Part shown: one piece after another, positions 12,091 to 25,878 of the stretch
How positions within the stretch are numbered: the first letter of the stretch is position 1
Layout of the letters: each line of letters opens with the position of its first letter
Source of the DNA: Octopus bimaculoides
Taxonomy: Eukaryota
Assembly: GCF_001194135.2 (NCBI RefSeq)
Contig: NC_068985.1
Location: 72,179,831-72,243,830 of the forward strand
Length of the DNA: 64,000 nt
Reading direction: 5' to 3'
Program-made: the position numbers and the translations under genes
Notes under the pieces: model-generated
What the model was told of the DNA's origin: nothing
Database searches by the model: none
The model's input: only the letters and a program-made list of their open reading frames with translations

Positions 12091-15000
12091 AGATTGCAAA
12101 AGAGTGAGCCTCTACATCAGGCATGGGCCTTATCAGATGTACGCATAAGTTAAACAAGCTATAGATTAGAGTTTTGCAATCCACAGGGGCCTCAAAATAT
12201 TTTAAGTTCATATGTTTTCAATTTTATGAGATTTTCTAATGTAATTTCTGCAGAGGCCTTCAAGCTATATCCTAGCTTAGGGCCTTACCAAGTTTAAATC
12301 CAACATTGAGCATGGGTGGGATTTTTCTAGCAGCACTACTAACAAACAACATATGCTGTGTAAAAAATATTATATATTACACCAGCAAATCATAAATATA
12401 TTGCTCAAACTTTGAGATTATGTTACAAAATTCTTGTAAAATGTTATGTTTATATAATCATGACATTAAAAGACATAAAAACCCATATGCTACCTGAATG
12501 TCACAGATTATTGCTAATGCTTGCTTTTAGTTGTTACTAAGATAGATTTGGCTACTTGAAATAGCAGCCAAGTCTATCTTAAACCAGACATGAGGAATAA
12601 TGTAGTCTGAAGTATACTGTTGTTGAAGAAAAGAGGTCAAGGTTATGGCTTGATTGCCTGTGAGTGTAGGTCTGCTACTCATTTAGTCTCAACTTGAGAG
12701 TAAACACCAATAATTGCAACTGTCCTCCGCTTGGCTCACATAAAGACATAGCCTTAAGCAAAGCATGATCTTCTCAGACTTTCATTACTCCTCCTTCCAT
12801 CCTCAGTCAAATGACTTGTGCCTGTATAATTAAAAAAAAAACTTTATTTGGTAGTTGCTTGCTGTTATTGAGCTCCAGATCAGTGCTGGTCAAGCAGAAC
12901 AATGGTAAAATACATTCCAACCATGACCAGAATTAGTTTTCGTTTTTCTGACAATGTTAAGATATGATAGAAAGGAAATTTGGTTGATATTTCTTGCGAG
13001 TCAACTTAGTGAGAGTGGTATTTGTGGTGGTCATAATAAAAGGCCTGAATGTCCCAATTAAATGTTCCTGATTAGCAAAGCCTGCAAATTAAACACTGGG
13101 AAAAGCATAATTGTTGCAAAATCTCATTTTCTCTTTCCAATAATGTTATAAAAAATTTTTGTTTTTTCATTTTTTTTTTTCTTTTACTATTATAAATGTT
13201 GTGAAATAATGGTTAACACCTGGTTAAGAAAAACCTACTTAAATCTTTGTTTATGATCGTAGCAACACCACTCTAGTTTTTGCTTATGTATGCCACTAAT
13301 ATTCTTTGAACAAAGACATGAATGAGCATCAAATAATCTTGTTTATTCTTCCTGATATATTTGACACCTTTGCATCTAAGTAAAGTGTGTGTGTGTGTGT
13401 GTGTGTGTGTGTATTATGCATAAATTTTTCTTTCAATTATGAATTCCATCACCACTCCCACCTGTTTCACCTTATGAATACAATGCCTGCTTGTGTATAT
13501 AATAAAAAATTTAAAAAATCAATATGATGATGCATTTGAGCCTTTAATTTTATCTGTGTGCATGTATGTGTGTCTTTGTGTGCATGTGCGTGCATGCATG
13601 AGTTGTTGTTTGAACCACAGCTTTCCTAGTTGTGCACTGTATAATAACAACTGGCGCTGTCTAAGAGTAGTGTCAGATTTCTGTTGGAGGAGATGTCAAA
13701 TAACAGCAGCAGACACTTTGCTTAGTATCCTTGTGAGATACACAACTGATATTGGAATCTAAGATTAAATCAATATCTCTTCTTCCTGCCGCTACCAATA
13801 AAGAGAAACTGTGACAGCAATCATAAAACAGCCACCAATAATAACTAACAGCACTATTGACAACAACAACAACTTTAATAATACTAACAACTCTATTGAC
13901 AATAACAAAACAGCAGCAATAATATAGACAACCATCACTATTAACAAAACAATGGCTGTACTATTGACAACAACAGTGACAGCAACAACAACACTACTGA
14001 TGATATTGACAACAATAATAATAGCAATAACTGTGACAAAGGCAGTGACAACAAGAACAACAACAGTAACAAAGAAAATAATACCAATGGTACTAACAAC
14101 ACTATTGACAAGATGACAACAACAAAAACAGCATCCACAGTAAATAAATTGTGACTTTTCTTGACTTTTACAGGAATGCAAATGTTTTATCAGCAGAACT
14201 TTCACAAAAGGAACCTCAGATGGTTGGCAACATGGCTGGTGAGATTCTACATTTTTTTCTCTACTATTTTAATTTGTAGCATAATAAATAATAATTACTA
14301 TTAATACTTGAACTTCATTAATTATAATTTTGTGCCAATATTAAATTTTCAAAGCAATAACGATATCTTATATTGGGCTCAAGAGCCCAAGACATTGGAA
14401 GCAAAAATTAAAAAAATATGAGAAGCTTAAGATTAATGTTAACTAGCATAGCATTCATAGAAAAATGACAGGGTTTATTTCTGTCCCCTGCCTACTTCAA
14501 ATCTTGCTCCACTTTTTGTTTTATTTTATCTTTCAGTTATTCTTATGCATTTTACCATTTAAAAAAAGTTGCAAAACTACAAGACATACATACAACCTAT
14601 GCTTCTATAACTTACTGTAGTTTTACACCACTTCTCTCCAATTCACATCAAGTATTGACTTGTTCTGCTTGTAATAATCATTACTTTTTTTTTTCTGCAG
14701 TACGAAAATAAATAGTTACTCAGTGACTGTGAACTTGGTGTTTTTGACCTGTTGTGTATTTCGAAAGCTGACTCCTCACATTTTTACTCATATTCTCACA
14801 TTTCTCCTCTCTATTTCCTTATTCTCACATATTTAATTATATTAGTGTGTGTGTGTGTGTGTGTGTATATTCTTCCCTCCCACCTCTCAATGAAAATTTG
14901 CTATTACTTCTTCTGTTCATTTTCCAATGTCTTCTTTGTCCCACCCAACATTTTGTTTACTTGCACAAATCTCTCTCATGTCCCCCCCCCCCAACCCCTT

Positions 15001-15435
15001 TGTCTCTCTCTATATTTATCTATATTAGTTTGTCCAGTATTTGCTCAGCTTCCACACCACTTCTATTTCATTGCTGTTATCACGTTCCCTCTCTAATTCC
15101 CCTCTACTTCTGTTGGTTCTTTCATCTTCCCTCATCTCTTATTTTAACATTTCCACAGGCTCTCTTTCTCTCCCAGTCTTTATTCCACCCACTTCCTTAT
15201 ATTTCACTGTTTTATTTGCTCATTTGATTACTTGTCACACTAGCATTTTAGATGTTGATTGCTAGCTATTTCCCTTCCTCCCTCCCACTCTCTCTATCCA
15301 TCTATCTCTCTCTCTCATACAAGGCTTTTCCCCCTCTCATTCATCATTCTTCTCAACACTGCCATTGCTTTCTACCTTCATATTTTTAAAACATAACAGA
15401 AAGATAAACCAAAGGACAAAACAGTCACAAAGCCC

Positions 15436-15511
<76 letters not shown>

Positions 15512-15699
15512 TACACACACATAGAGTGGGTTGTATTATCTTTACTGTCCAGGTTGAGGAGATATGCATTTCTCTTCCTTGAAATAGGAATTAGGTACAT
15601 GATAGAGAAGAGGCATATAAAAGTGTATAAGGTTAACAAGAATGTTTAGGGTTAATAAATGTGCTTAAGGTTAACAAAAACGTTCAAGGTTAATAAATG

Positions 15700-15930
15700 C
15701 CATTTGAGAATGCACTGACAATGTTTATAGATCCTATTACTCCTACTTTCTGGAACATCTTCATGTCTGTCCTTATAGGTAATTTGTCAAAATCTTTACA
15801 GTAATGGTTGTGTATCATTCCAGTTGTGTCAGTTACAAATGGAATGATAAGAGATATTCCTTAAATGCCATAATGTTTCCTTAGCTTTTCAGCTCTCACC
15901 TGCCTGACAATTTATTTGATTAGATTTATA
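15700..15930 (-). mobile_element. Probable RLE-type LINE extreme C-terminus
   Basis: Minus strand ETLWHLRNI../IIPFVTDTTGMI..FQKVGVIGSINIV resembles the IIPIVIGATG..IQKxxLLGT tail of R4/Dong-like ORFs. Confidence 0.45.
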
Positions 15931-16930
15931 TTTGTTGTTATTGTCATTTTGTCATTGGAGAATGTCAGGATTATTTTATGCTATTTTGTGGTTTGTCTGT
16001 TTGAATCTTCTTGAACAGTACTGACCTGAGGATAACTATACAACAAAATTAATATATGTATATGCCAATGAAGAGAAAATACACCACAATGAAGGGTCTT
16101 CAACATTGTAGTGTGATCTACTAGAAATAGCAGCAAGATCTCATATTACATCTTGCTATGTTAAATACAGAAAAGATTCATTAAATAATGTAGTCTTACA
16201 TTAAACTAAAAAGGCAAGATGATTATGACTGGTATGCCTTTGATAACACATCTGTTCAATCAAGTTTGTTCTGGAGCTGAGCAGCTGCAACAATGCATGT
16301 GAGGTCAGGATTACCTAATCTGGATTGATTGGTTAAAAGAGTTGGTGTTTAGATGACAACTAAAGCACAAGCTTCCCACAGCAATCTATAGATCTTTGGA
16401 CTCCCAAAGCACACACTTTCCACTCATGTCCATCTGATCTAGTCATTTCTCCTTTTATAGCCATTTATTGTGTCTCATCTCCCATATCAAGCATCTAGAA
16501 CACTTTCTTAATCTTTCCTCCCTACTCACACGATGGTTTGTTTCTTGTGAACACCAACCTACAAGATGTTCAAACTGAACATAAACCACATTAATCTCAC
16601 TGGTCTAAGTCATGTGTCATACCCATCCTTCTCTCTACCATTGTGTAAAACTGGAATACTGCACCATACAGTTGGTTAAATTAATACTTTTCTGTAAAGT
16701 GGTTGGTGTTTGGGAAGGGCATCCAGCTGTAGAAACCATGCCAAAACAGACAGGAAAGCCTGAACAACCCTTCAGCTGGTCAGCTCCTGTCAAACCGCCC
16801 AACCCATGCCAGCATGGAAAACAGACGTTAAATGATGATGATGATGATGATAATTACTACATCTATACTTGAAAACTCTGAGAGTTATTAGAAATGATAG
16901 GCTTCACAATTTTTTGATAGTTTCTCATGT

Positions 16931-17155
16931 TTAATCCTTTAGCATATAAACCGGCCATATCTGGCCCAAATATTCTACCTGTTGTACGTTCATACTGGTC
17001 AGATCTGGCATCTCACACCTACCCTACAATGTCATTCTAAAAAACAATCACATCATTGAAATTTCAATGCTACAAGATAATGCATGATTAATTAAAAACA
17101 ATGTGAATAAGTAAGGATTATATTTGACAAAGCAATCTGAATGCAATAGGGTTAA
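16931..17155. mobile_element. TTAA-bounded (piggyBac-like) MITE
   Basis: TTAA-TCCTTTAGCAT ... ATGCAATAGGG-TTAA ends. The body recurs at 30928-31105. Confidence 0.65.
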
Positions 17156-17262
17156 ACTGACTACCCTATGAAATAGGATTCTTTTTCAGGACCAGAAGAA
17201 CACTTTAGCTATGATAGGGTGTGTCACTCTCAACAAAAGCTCATATGAGATTCTCTTTAGAG

Positions 17263-17644
17263 CAGAGGTTCTCATTATTTTGGGCCACTGCTCCCCCCAC
17301 ACACACACATCATGCCCACATAATACCCTCAGTGCCCCCACCCCTATTTTTATGTATAAATAAAAATTTTATATTATACTAATTTATATATGCTACCAAT
17401 TATTTGATATTTAGTATATTATATAATTTGTATACAATACTATAATATTATAAATTCATATGCCCCCCCCCCCNNNNNNNNNNNNNNNNNNNNNNNNNNN
17501 NNNNNNNNNNNNNNNNNCCCCCCAATCCACTGCCTTTCTCCCAATGCCTCCTTTTTCTCTACCACCCCCTTAGACACTAACACCCACCTGGACCCTCTCA
17601 ACGCCTACCGGTGGGGGCGGTAGTGCCCACTTTGAGAACCTATG
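17263..17644. mobile_element. hAT (Charlie-like) MITE
   Basis: TIRs CAGAGGTTCTCA / TGAGAACCTATG (11/12 match). 8-bp TSD CTTTAGAG (17255-62) / CTTTAGAA (17645-52). Contains an N-gap. Confidence 0.82.
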
Positions 17645-17689
17645 CTTTAGAATATTGTATGCTGCTACTGCTACATTATCAAAACCACA

Positions 17690-17945
17690 TCCTGTAGAGG
17701 ATTGACAAAAATCCACCTGTTACTGACACTCCATTCACTAGTTAACAGACACACTGTTTCTCCTCTGTCTCTTCTACCACTATTGCATTAGTTTCTGCTC
17801 TGCAGACTACTACTTCCAGCCAGTCCTACCTCTCATTACTATTCTGTCACACCTCATGAAAATAATTCTGGAATTCCCTCTTCTCTTCCCACATTCTTAT
17901 GCAGACATTAACCTACAGAAGTTCATGTTGAGCAACATCTGTATC
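17690..17945 (+). mobile_element. CR1/L2-group LINE 3' remnant (same family)
   Basis: RHTVSPLSLFYHYCISFCSAD and ADINLQKF-like ends match the 37 kb copy. Confidence 0.55.
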
Positions 17946-20572
17946 TTCTTCATCCTTCTTACAGGGATATCATGAAAGTCATTGATGCTGCATCGCCTTT
18001 GAGTAAATAATAAACCATGCTCAAATATTTCAGAAGCAGTAGTATGATATTTCCTTTGCTTCAAACTCAACCTGAAATATTAAAAAAAAAAAAAAAATTC
18101 AGGATTCTGAAGTGTACTTCTGATTTTATTTCTTTTTACTGCACTTGGTCATTGCTCTGCGAATATTTGAGAGTGGGGAGGCAGTCTCTTCAAGAGCTTT
18201 TGTAAATCTTATCAATCACAGTACTTATTTTAGTTTGATACTTATTATATCGATCTTGAATTGTTATTGACAGAACACCATTATTTTTTATAGGTAAATG
18301 TGAATAAACATGAACACAGGCAGCCACATATGTACATAATTATGTATGTGTGTGTGTGTAGAGAGAGAGAGAGAGAAAGAGAGAGATGTAAGCCTTTCTT
18401 TTTATAAGAAAGTAGGATTTATGTTGAAGGAAATTTGACTGCTATTTCTAGCAGGTCAAACTGCTCAGCTTTATTGTGTTTGGTGTTGATGTGAGTAGTT
18501 ATGGATGTAATGATTTTTGTAGTAAAATATTTCTCAGTCTATCAACTGTTGTTCTTTTGAAACTTTAACCAGTACCTTCAATGTGAGCTACTGTCTCTTG
18601 TGTTCTCCCCTGATTGATTTCTGACTACAAAATGCAATCACTTTACATCAAGAAGAGGATCTTCTGTGGCCACAGGCTACTTGAAATTAGTCATATATTC
18701 TCTGTTTGGATCTCTTACCAAATCTGAAGATGAAATTGAACAAGTATTCCCAGCTAATTATTATTTTAAGCCCATAAATCCTACTATATACAATCTCTTA
18801 AATCTATTTGCCTAAGGCTTTATACCTAATAACAACAACAAAAATATAACACACACTCTACTTCGAAAGATTACGTTATATGGTTGTATATTTTGTTTGT
18901 TCTTTTTTTTTTTTGTTAGTTGGAGTTTTTTTTTAATATATATGTTTTACTTTTTTCTTCTCCAAATACCTCTGTATTTTGGTGTTGTTTCCGTATGTTT
19001 AGAAAATTTCTGCTTGCAATCATATAAATGGCTAAAATCAATACCACTAGAGAACAAGTGAGCCCTACACAGTAGAAATAATAACAATCTCCACTACCAC
19101 AACCATCACTGGCATCTCTTCTCTCCAGACTTTTTAGTAAGACATATGATACAACTGCATTAAATGTATGAATTAACCCAAGGCTAAATATAAAATAACC
19201 AAAGTAGCCTTTATTGTTAATTTAATTGGTGTATTGATTTCTAGGTTTTGCATGGCAGAGGCCACACATTTGCATATGGAGGGAAGGGAAAATGTACTCA
19301 GTTTTATCAACCTCAGTACATAACTGGTATATATTTTATCAACTTAGGAATTGTAAAAAGAAAAGTCACCTTTTATTGTATGTAAAGGAACATTACTAAA
19401 TATTAGAATGCATTTAGTCTGTGTGTGTTCTATCAAATCTGTCATCTCCTATGGTTAATATTTCTATTGAAATGCACTGCTTATTTCTTGCAGTTGATTT
19501 TGGAAATATTCAAGAATTTAAACAGATTTTTCATTATTAAACCATTGTTTGGAATATATTTTAAATGGCACGTAAAAAGTACCATTCGAGCTTGGTGAAT
19601 GCCAGTGCCATCTGACTGGCCCTCGTGCCGGTGGCATGTAAAAAGCACCCACTACACTCTTAGAGTGATTGGCGTTAGGAAGGGCATCCAGCTGTAGAAA
19701 CTTTGCCAGATCAGATTGGAGCCTGGTGCAACCTTCTGACTTGCCAGCCCTCAGTCAAACCATTCAACTCATACGAGCATGGAAAGCGGATGTTAAATGA
19801 CGATGATGATGATTCTGACATAAAATTATGATGAAAGATTTCGCAATTTAAATATGCATTCTCTAAAACAAAAGGATCTGAGTTGTAGAATTGGGGGTAA
19901 CCTCAGATGGCTTAGTATTAAAAGGGTTATGATAGTAGAGTGAAGAATGGGAAGATCCCGATCAGGGTATCTATTCTATGAATTCTACCAGTTCATTGGT
20001 ATTTTATATATATCAACCTTAAAGGATGAAAGACAAAGTTACTCTTGATGAGATATGATTTCAGTGCACAGAAAACCAGAATTCATAATTTATCATCATA
20101 TTTTATGCACTAAACTCTATGCCAATTCACTACTTTCATAGGACAGAAAAATGATGTTGTCTTTAAAAGCATTGTGTTACTGAATTCAAATCTCACCAAG
20201 GTCAACTTTACCATATAACCTTCCAGGGTTGATAAAATATGTACCTGAAAAGTGCCACTGTTGATACAATCACCCTTACTCCACACACAATGCATGAAAT
20301 TGGTGTCTATTTAAGAAATAATTGTCCTTATCGCTAAGAAAAACACCACTCTTTAGATAGTTTTATGCTTGTTTATGATACGTATCTTGTCTTTTTTTTT
20401 TATATATAGAATATTGCCTAGTGTGCCCTTTCTTAATTTTTAAAGAAAGATACAAAATTATATAATGATGGCATGTGAAAAAGCAACCCAAAAAAATGTT
20501 AGCAAAATAACTTTTAAACATTTACAAGACATATATTAGCAACAGAGGCAGTATTAATACCGTGAGATAGTA

Positions 20573-21165
20573 CAGGGTGTCCCAAAAGTCACTGATGGGT
20601 TTCAGTTTTAAATAACTTCCTTAACTTTACAACTAAATGCATAAAATTTTGATACAATATAAAGGATATAATGGAAAATAATATGGACTAGTCATATTTT
20701 GCAACACCACTGCATCACATATGAAAAATGACTTGGCTTAAATGGTAGCCATTTTCGACTTCACACGCCCGTACTCTTTCCAAAACTTGCACCACAACAC
20801 CCTCAAGAGTTTCAGACCCCACTTCTTTGATTTCTTTGTTGATGTTCTCCTTCAGTTGCACCAGGTGCTCTAGTTTGTTGATGTAAACCCTCTCTTTCAG
20901 GTATCCCCACAAGAAAAAAATCAGGGCTAGTCAAGTCTGGGGAACACGAAGGCCATTCAGAGTAGACTTCACACATGGTTCCAGCAAGATGAGCCAACTG
21001 CTCATACTGCAAGAGAAACAATACAGTTGCTACAGCAGTGCTTTGGAGAGAGAATAATCTCCTGCTATAGCAATATCAACTGGCCTTCACGTTCCCCAGA
21101 CTTGACTAGCCTGGATTTTTTCTTGTGGGGATACCTGAAAGAGAGGGTTTACATCAACAAACTTC
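20573..21165. mobile_element. Rearranged Tc1/mariner remnant, DD41D (rosa-type) transposase C-terminus with internal inversion
   Basis: TIR TA-CAGGGTGTCCCAAAAGT at 20571. Minus-strand C-terminus (WGYLKERVYINKLEHLVQLKENINKEI). Plus-strand segment WFQQD-(41 aa)-D: QQDEPTAH...WPSRSPDLTSLDFFLWGYLKERVY; I counted 41 residues between the two Asp. Confidence 0.88.
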
Positions 21166-22636
21166 ACATCTGTATTCTTTTTTATGGTTATTATTTTTTT
21201 TATATGATTTTGTTCTGTATTATAAAATACTTAATTTATCAACTTTCAGAATATCATGAAAATACGTTAAGACTATGTCATGATCCAATATACCAAAAGA
21301 GTAAGTACAACTTTACTTTACCATTCTAACTCCCCTACTGCTACTATTATTGAAAAAAAAAAAAAGAAACGATAGACAAAGCTAATGAACAACAAGCCAG
21401 TTGGTCAGCAAGTCGTGATTTACTATCAGCATTATTTGTTGTGATCTCAGACAAGATGCTTAACTTTGAGTTGTCTAGTTCAATATTTTTATCGTTGTTC
21501 AATCCCATGTCAACTTTGAAAAGCAGTACTCCAGTGATGTTAACCCATCTGTTTTTTTTTTTAAACAGTAGTATGATTAATGAGGGATTTAGCTACTACA
21601 TCTAGCAAGTCAGTTGATCATATAATGGCTTATGTTGTTGGTTGGCCCCTGAGTCACAATGATCAAACAGATCTATAATCTAATGCATTTCAGCCATGAC
21701 CTTTTCATCTCATTTTTCAGACTTGTATCTAGGACTACTCTTTTACTTTTAACACATAAAGTATGACGGGCCATGATCATGGCCGTCAGGCACTGTCACT
21801 CAAAAGCTCCATTACCCACCAGAATGCAAGAGAGCTTATAGTTCAACTAATGACTTTTCAGATAATGTCAAACTTGCTACCATTATATACTAAGAAGATA
21901 TTTCAACTATTTTTTTTTTTTTTGTGTGCATGGTAGTCTCATTTTCATAAAATGTGCTCAGCAGTCCATGCTATGTAAGTGGAAATCCCAACGCTTTATG
22001 GGTTAAAGATGGTAAAGTGTAACTTAAGGGAGATTTAGATGCTATTTATGCAGTGGGCTCCATTGGGGACACAATTTACATTAAATGAATTAGTTGTGGT
22101 GATACAAATTTAACAGGTTTAGAAGACCAGCTTTTATAGTAGGAACTTCATTTTAATGATTCAGATTTTCAAAATATGAGAGGGATTGAACAGAAGCTTT
22201 ATTGTTATACTGGTTTCAGTCACTGGATAGTGATCATAGTGGAGCATCACCTTCAAATGTCTCACCAATCATATCAAAACAATAGGTTATTGTACATAAA
22301 GTTCCACAACATAAACATTGGGAAGGGAGTCACTTGTACAAACACAGGGATGTGCAGTTTCTGTTTGATAAATTCCACTCACAGAGTATTGATCAACTGT
22401 AATTTACAATTGAAGACATTTGTCCAAAGTTCTCTGTAAACTTCTTAACCATATAGATGTCTTTCTCTATACTTATAAATTTCTGTAATAAATACAATGT
22501 TTGTCAGTAAGGCACTCTAATTAGATTTAAAGAAATACCTGAGGAATGACCTGAAATGATTTTAGGCATTTCTTGTTTTAAGACTGATTGTATTTATATG
22601 GATTACCTGCTTAATCTCATACACTATACCTTTCAG

Positions 22637-22836
22637 CTTTGGGTGGTGTTCAGCCTGACCTTACTAACATCATGGATCAAAACGAAATGAAAGATCAAAA
22701 CCTGTATAACAGAATCAGTATGAATGTTCCTCAAATGAAGACTTTCTACCAAAAGCCAAACCCAGTATCTGCTGTTGCGCCCTACGCAACCACCACCTTG
22801 ATCAATACTTCTAACCTTCTGGCTAAACCTCTGCAG
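22637..22836 (+). CDS. robo: Internal coding exon of a Roundabout (Robo) axon-guidance receptor, cytoplasmic CC0/CC1 region
   Basis: Acceptor cctttcAG|CT (AG 22635-36) and donor CTGCAG|GTaatc (GT 22837-38); phase 1 to 0; open frame (x)LGGVQPDLTNIMDQNEMKDQNLYNRISMNVPQMKTFYQKPNPVSAVAPYATTTLINTSNLLAKPLQ. APYATTTLI matches the Robo CC1 motif (vertebrate TPYATTQLI). LYNRI..QMKTF matches the CC0-region VYGDV..EMKTF. KPLQ resembles vertebrate KPLGQQ. Motif order is conserved. Comparison is from recalled family motifs; no search was run. Confidence 0.87.
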
Positions 22837-24245
22837 GTAATCATATTCATTTCCATTCTGTCTTAGTTGTTTTACTCATCCCCCTTTACAGCAATATGTG
22901 TGCATACATGTGTGTGTGTGTGTACATATATATACACAAACACATTTATCAAAGTTATATTTGTTATATATAGGTTTGATAAGCACTATGTATAAAACTT
23001 TTGGAATTTGAGTCATTTACTTGGCACTGCAGTTAATAAAGAAATATATATGTATACATATATATGTACATTTAAAGAAAAAAACAGGCATGAAAATATC
23101 TATTTTCCAATGTTTTGCTGAATAGCTGTGAAACAAGTACATTATATTCTAAACATGCGAACTAGTTGAAGCATTTTTCAGTGAAAATATCTTCAACATA
23201 ATTTGCATGTGTCTTGAAGAGACTATGTGGCAGACATTAAGGTTCTTAAGTTAGTGAATATTGTATGCATTAAAGCTCTTTTGCAAAAAGCCAGCTATGT
23301 AGTTCTTTAAGAGGAATTATGTTCTGAGCAAAGACTCCCTCACACACAGAAGTTAAAATACAAAGACTGCCTTATATCTGATGTAAAAAATAAAAAAGTG
23401 ATATTGATGTTGATGCTGGAGAAAAATGCAAATGATAAAAAACATCATGGAGAAATAAATGTATTGAACATTGAAACAAGACGCAAGGAAGGAAAACCCA
23501 TTAATACTACTTTTAAATGTTAAAACTTGTAACCAAGTCTGTATTTCTAGTTGTAAAACTGCTGACTTGTAGGTCATATATACAGCACCATTTTTTTTCA
23601 GATAGCATCTACACAAAAACAGCAAAGAAGCCAGACATGCATGCACACACATTCACACAAACACACACACACATACAACTGGCTTTTGCAGTTTCCATTT
23701 ATCAATTTCATTCATGAGGTATTGGTCAGCCCAAGACAATAGTTGAAGATACTTGCATGAGACATCACACAGTGAGAGCAAACTTAAAACAGCACAGCAT
23801 TGTCTTCACCTGCATGTGTTGTGTGTGTTTACATATGCGTAGATGAAGCGTAATCAAATACTTAAATAATTCATTTGGCTATCATAAAGTACCAGGTCTG
23901 ATTTCACTGCATGGCAGCATCTTGGGCAGGCATCTAATACCAGTGAATAAGATTAACCCAAGAGTTATTGGGTAGATGGAATGAAAATTTCAGTAGATTG
24001 ATGGTACCTGTAAGTTTAATGTCCAACATCACTCTGCTACGCACTGCCCCTACCTGAGAATTACATCAAGTGTCCATGTACCTGTGCCACTTACATGTTA
24101 TTTCAGTAAGCTGGCTCTAGTTGGTAGTTGAGTTGATAGAATGCCTGAATGTTCATCATTGGAACTAATGGAGATCCAACATTATGTGTGTGCATACATA
24201 CATATACATGTATATGTATGTATGTACAAGCATGTGTGTATATGC

Positions 24246-24342
<97 letters not shown>

Positions 24343-24562
24343 TAGATAGATTATATATTATATGTAGACATAATATATATGTACATGCAGCCACACATGC
24401 ATACATACAGATATTTGCTTGCATATACGCATGTGTGTAAGAATATATGTATGTTTTAGTCTTTTATTCACAATAATCCTCATTCATATCTTGATATTAC
24501 ATTCTTATGATTACTTTTTTGAAATGGCCGAAAGTAATAATGGCAAACATGAATTTTCACAC

Positions 24563-24653
<91 letters not shown>

Positions 24654-24752
24654 NNNNNNNNNNNNNNNNNNNNNNNNNNNNNNNNNNNNNNNNNNNNNNN
24701 NNNNNNNNNNNNNTATATATATATGTATGCATACATAGATATATATGTATGA

Positions 24753-24830
<78 letters not shown>

Positions 24831-25817
24831 TCCTGTTCCGCCTACACACGCATACACACATTTACTCATACATACTTGCTCTGAAAAAATTTCTAGATTT
24901 ACTAAAAGAATTTTTTTCTTGATTGATACATGGCACATTCTTAGTTTATTGTGGAAAATTTTCTCCACATGAACATATAAACTATCTTTATTCACCTACA
25001 CTGCATGGCTATATTTTTCTTGTGTACTGTCTGAAACATTCTTATTCAGAATCATGTTCAAAGCCAGTCTCGATATCTAAAGTAGATATGTTTTGTCAGG
25101 AGTACATGTATATACATATACCGGTATATACATGTGATGAGTTGAGTGTGTGTGTGTATACAGGAACAGTTGTATGTATGTGCATCCATGCACCATGTCT
25201 TTGAATGTTTAATACATGTGTATATCATCGCACATATGCAAATTTGTGTATTGATACATTTATATGCACATGTATGCATATATGTATACATACATACCTA
25301 CATACATACATATATACATACATGCATGCACACACATATATATTGTTGATTTTTTTTTTTGTATGTTTAGCTGCAATAAAAACGATTTTACTTTGATCTA
25401 AGGGGTTTCTCTATACACTTGTAGAGTACCAAATTAATTATTCTTTAACAAGAACATTGTTGGCAGTGACTTCGAAGCTTCAGCCAGTTAAATAATCATC
25501 AGATAGATAAAAAGATAGATAGATAGGTAGGTAGGTAGGTAGGCAGGCAGGCAGGCAGGCAGGCAGGCGCATTCTTGCATACATAGACACATATATACAA
25601 ACACACACATTTGTGCATATCTACATTGATATCAATCAGGTGGTCACAGTAATCCATAATAAGAAGGCTCTCAGTGTTACAAAAAAAGAGTAATGACACT
25701 TGGTGTTTATTGCCTTTTTCCATCATGGCCAGACATAATGACTCAAGGCTTTTCTGTGTGTCATAACATCTGGTCGTATTGTAAACAGACAAACATCTAT
25801 TATGTGTAGGTGTGGGT

Positions 25818-25878
<61 letters not shown>

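Noticed and set aside
13493-13762. Non-repetitive block with an 89-aa ORF and gtgaga donor-like site
   Set aside because: The ORF begins in a microsatellite and the peptide has no recognisable similarity. It could be a conserved non-coding element, but that cannot be supported here.
22837-22909. Acceptor-like ccccctttacAG at 22891, just after the Robo donor
   Set aside because: It would define a 55-nt intron and an exon running into a TG microsatellite (QYVCIH); most likely cryptic.
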